24,508 nt of DNA from a virus (taxonomy: Duplodnaviria > Caudoviricetes), in IMG/VR virus record IMGVR_UViG_3300049009_000397, positions 1 through 24,508 of that record. One strand, 5' to 3'. A program made the translations under genes and the position numbers. Shown here piece after piece: positions 22,380 through 24,508 of this stretch (the stretch's first letter is position 1; each line of letters opens with the position of its first letter). Under the pieces are notes generated by a model that saw only the letters and a list, made by a program, of their open reading frames with translations, searched no databases and was not told the origin of the DNA.

Positions 22380-24508
22380 TACTCGTCCCCTCCCCTTGGC
22401 GTCGGCCGGCCCAGGCGCTTGGCTTCCATCGCCTGAAGCCCTTGCATGTGGCTCTCTCGGCCCATCTCATGCGCGCGGGTCTGCTGATCCACAGCGAGCG
22501 CGTGCTTGCCTGCGGTGACTGCGGCGTCCGCCTGAAGCTTCTGCATTTCCATGCCGTGCTTCTCGCGGGCGCGGGCCTGTTCGGCCTGCATCTCCTGCAT
22601 GCGCATATCGAACTCAGCCTGCTTTAGCTGGGCTTCCTGCGACATGGTCTGCTGGTCGATCTGGCCCTGCATCTGCGTCTTTTGCATCTCGGCCTGTGCG
22701 CCTTGCTGGGCGGTCTGGGCCTTGAGTTGCTCAATTTGCAACTTGGCATCGGGCGGCGGCGGGGCCGGCGGTTCCTTGGCCTTGGCGTCCAGACGCTTCT
22801 GCCACTCGTCCAGGATGTGATCCGCCTGCCGTCCAAGCTTAAAGTTCCGGGCGAACGTGCGCGCCAAGCCCACCGCCTCGGGTGGCGTCATATACCCCGC
22901 CTGCACGGCAGGGCCGACTGCCTGGAAGTACGAGCCGAGACCGGCAACAAAGCCGCCCACGTTCTCCTGTTGCTTGCCAAGGTCGGCCTTGATGGTACCG
23001 TCCGTCTCGATGTCGATGTTGAACTCGCGGCTGATGTCCGTCTTGAGTAGATTTAACTGCTCCGGGCTCAACGCAATGCCGGTCATGGCCTCCAATTCCT
23101 CGGGCGTGAAATGCTCAGCCATTAGGTCTGCCGTCATCCGCATCAGGTCGCGGGCGTGTTGCTGAACGTCCTGCTGCGCGCTCTGCAGGCGCAGGCTGCC
23201 CCACTGGGCTTTCAGTTCCTGCGCGCCAAGCGTCTCGCTCGCCTTGGTCGAGCCTCGCAGAATGTCGGCAACGCCGGTCAGTTCGTAGATGACCTGCTTA
23301 CACATCTCCCGCGATTCGTAGAGTTGCCGCAGCGTGGCGACGGCCTGCTCGATGGGCATCAGCCAGAACGCTTTCTCGATGTCGCCCTGCACGAGCGCGC
23401 GGGCGGCGTCTGGAGCGGGAGCCATCTCGCCCTCGTCCAGGTTCTTCATGGCCTTTACAGCCGACTCAAACGCTCCGTCGTAGATGCCCCGGAACTTGAT
23501 GGCGTTGATGAGCGCCCCGATGCGGCGCGTGAGGCTGTTCATTTCCGCTTGCTGGGCTTGCCAGACCATGAACGGGCAGATCGGGACCTGCGTGTCCGTC
23601 GTCTCAATGGCAAGGCGCGGGCGCGGCACACAGAAGAAGCCCAGAAGCTTGTACGGGTCGTCTTCGATCTTCAGCGGCCCCTGGTCGTAGCTTTCCGCAA
23701 TCCAATAGATTTTGCGCTTTGAGCGGTCCCAAATCTCCCACACGTTCGCCCGCTTGAACGTGTCCGGTGTCATCGCGTCCTTGTCGGGCTGGCCCTCTAC
23801 GGTGGCGTCGAGGCTGACCTTAAACGCCAAATCCTCGTTTAGCCCTTCCAGTTCGTCGCGGGTGAACACCCAATGGAACGCAATCCAAGGCGTGTCCGCC
23901 CACCGCTTGGCCGGGCCAATGCGGAAGTCATCCCAGATCACCGGCTCCCAGGTGATGTGCTTTGACACCACCGCGCCGGGTATCTGGTTGCCAGTTGCTT
24001 GGTCCGTCTCGTCCGGGCCATTCACCAGATTAAGCCGCAGGCGCGTCACGGCGCGGCCCAATAGTTCGCGGTCCTTAACGGCGGCCTTCAGGGCATCGTC
24101 GTAATCGTAAAGGTCGGACTGTACCGAGATGGCGCGCTCGATTGTCTGGCTTACGTTGCTCCGGTCCTTGTTCTTGCGCTCCGCGTCCGCCTGGGCCATC
24201 GCCGTGGCCTGTGCGGCCATCTGCTGGGCCTGCGGGTCGTTCTGGGCCATCGGCGGCGGTTCAACCGGCATAGCCTCGCCAAAGCGCGCGCGCACGTCGC
24301 TGGTCGGCATGCTGTTGTAGATCGCCGGGCAGGTCGTCTGAATGTTGGCATAAAGAATATTGAACTTGGCGGCGCGGTAGCCGTCCTTGGCAGAGCGGAA
24401 TTGGTCGATTGCCGTCTTGGCGTCCTCCCGCCAATCCTTTTCCGTCTTGCCCGCAAGCTCAATGGCGGACATCCAATAGCGGTGAAAATCCTGCTGCGAC
24501 TTGATGGT
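22379..24508 (-). CDS. Portal protein (5'-truncated by window edge)
   Basis: Frame open to the window end (over 700 aa); FNILYANIQT, IYELTGVADILRG...ETLGAQELKAQWGSLRL, IDIETDGTI; Gln-rich C-terminal coiled-coil barrel. Confidence 0.9.
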   Translation of the reverse strand, partial: TIKSQQDFHRYWMSAIELAGKTEKDWREDAKTAIDQFRSAKDGYRAAKFNILYANIQTTCPAIYNSMPTSDVRARFGEAMPVEPPPMAQNDPQAQQMAAQATAMAQADAERKNKDRSNVSQTIERAISVQSDLYDYDDALKAAVKDRELLGRAVTRLRLNLVNGPDETDQATGNQIPGAVVSKHITWEPVIWDDFRIGPAKRWADTPWIAFHWVFTRDELEGLNEDLAFKVSLDATVEGQPDKDAMTPDTFKRANVWEIWDRSKRKIYWIAESYDQGPLKIEDDPYKLLGFFCVPRPRLAIETTDTQVPICPFMVWQAQQAEMNSLTRRIGALINAIKFRGIYDGAFESAVKAMKNLDEGEMAPAPDAARALVQGDIEKAFWLMPIEQAVATLRQLYESREMCKQVIYELTGVADILRGSTKASETLGAQELKAQWGSLRLQSAQQDVQQHARDLMRMTADLMAEHFTPEELEAMTGIALSPEQLNLLKTDISREFNIDIETDGTIKADLGKQQENVGGFVAGLGSYFQAVGPAVQAGYMTPPEAVGLARTFARNFKLGRQADHILDEWQKRLDAKAKEPPAPPPPDAKLQIEQLKAQTAQQGAQAEMQKTQMQGQIDQQTMSQEAQLKQAEFDMRMQEMQAEQARAREKHGMEMQKLQADAAVTAGKHALAVDQQTRAHEMGRESHMQGLQAMEAKRLGRPTPRGGDE

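Larger units (their letters stand above)
1..24508. mobile_element. Temperate podovirus-like phage genome segment (probably excised/attP form)
   Basis: Tightly packed operons with ATGA/GTGA/TAATG overlaps; portal-scaffold-capsid-adaptor-nozzle-ejection-fibre-lysis order; no tape measure or tail tube gene seen; integrase and xis; phage genes on both sides of the att-like gap. Confidence 0.95.

Overview
The window is a contiguous piece of a GC-rich temperate podovirus-type phage, probably infecting an alphaproteobacterium (inferred from GC content and gene families). It has two arms. The + strand arm (1-3291) is the tail end of an early/accessory operon: coiled-coil protein, NinB/YbcN-like protein, HNH protein, a stand-alone RNA polymerase alpha-CTD look-alike, Lar-like protein, minimal SGNH hydrolase, small ORFs and an excisionase. 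The - strand arm (24508 down to 4562) is the late operon: portal (5' end outside the window), scaffold, major capsid, decoration protein, adaptor, nozzle, GNAT, ejection proteins, a PAPS/APS-reductase-fold protein, tail fibre, spike proteins and a lysis cassette with endolysin and spanins. A tyrosine integrase (3261-4301, -) and a probable intact attP (4302-4561) lie between them, so this looks like the excised or virion form. Most notable observations: (1) the attP encodes LIDPDGYRIEIAC...stop, a spare C-terminus of a VOC/glyoxalase-family gene, which predicts the integration target; (2) an alpha-CTD mimic lacking the DNA-contacting Arg; (3) an inverted lipoprotein gene fitted with zero spare bases among the ejection genes, whose antisense frame could preserve translational coupling; (4) an Fe-S PAPS-reductase-fold enzyme lacking the catalytic ECGxH tail; (5) repeated gene-junction modules in the accessory array. 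All family calls come from motif recognition by eye; no searches were run.
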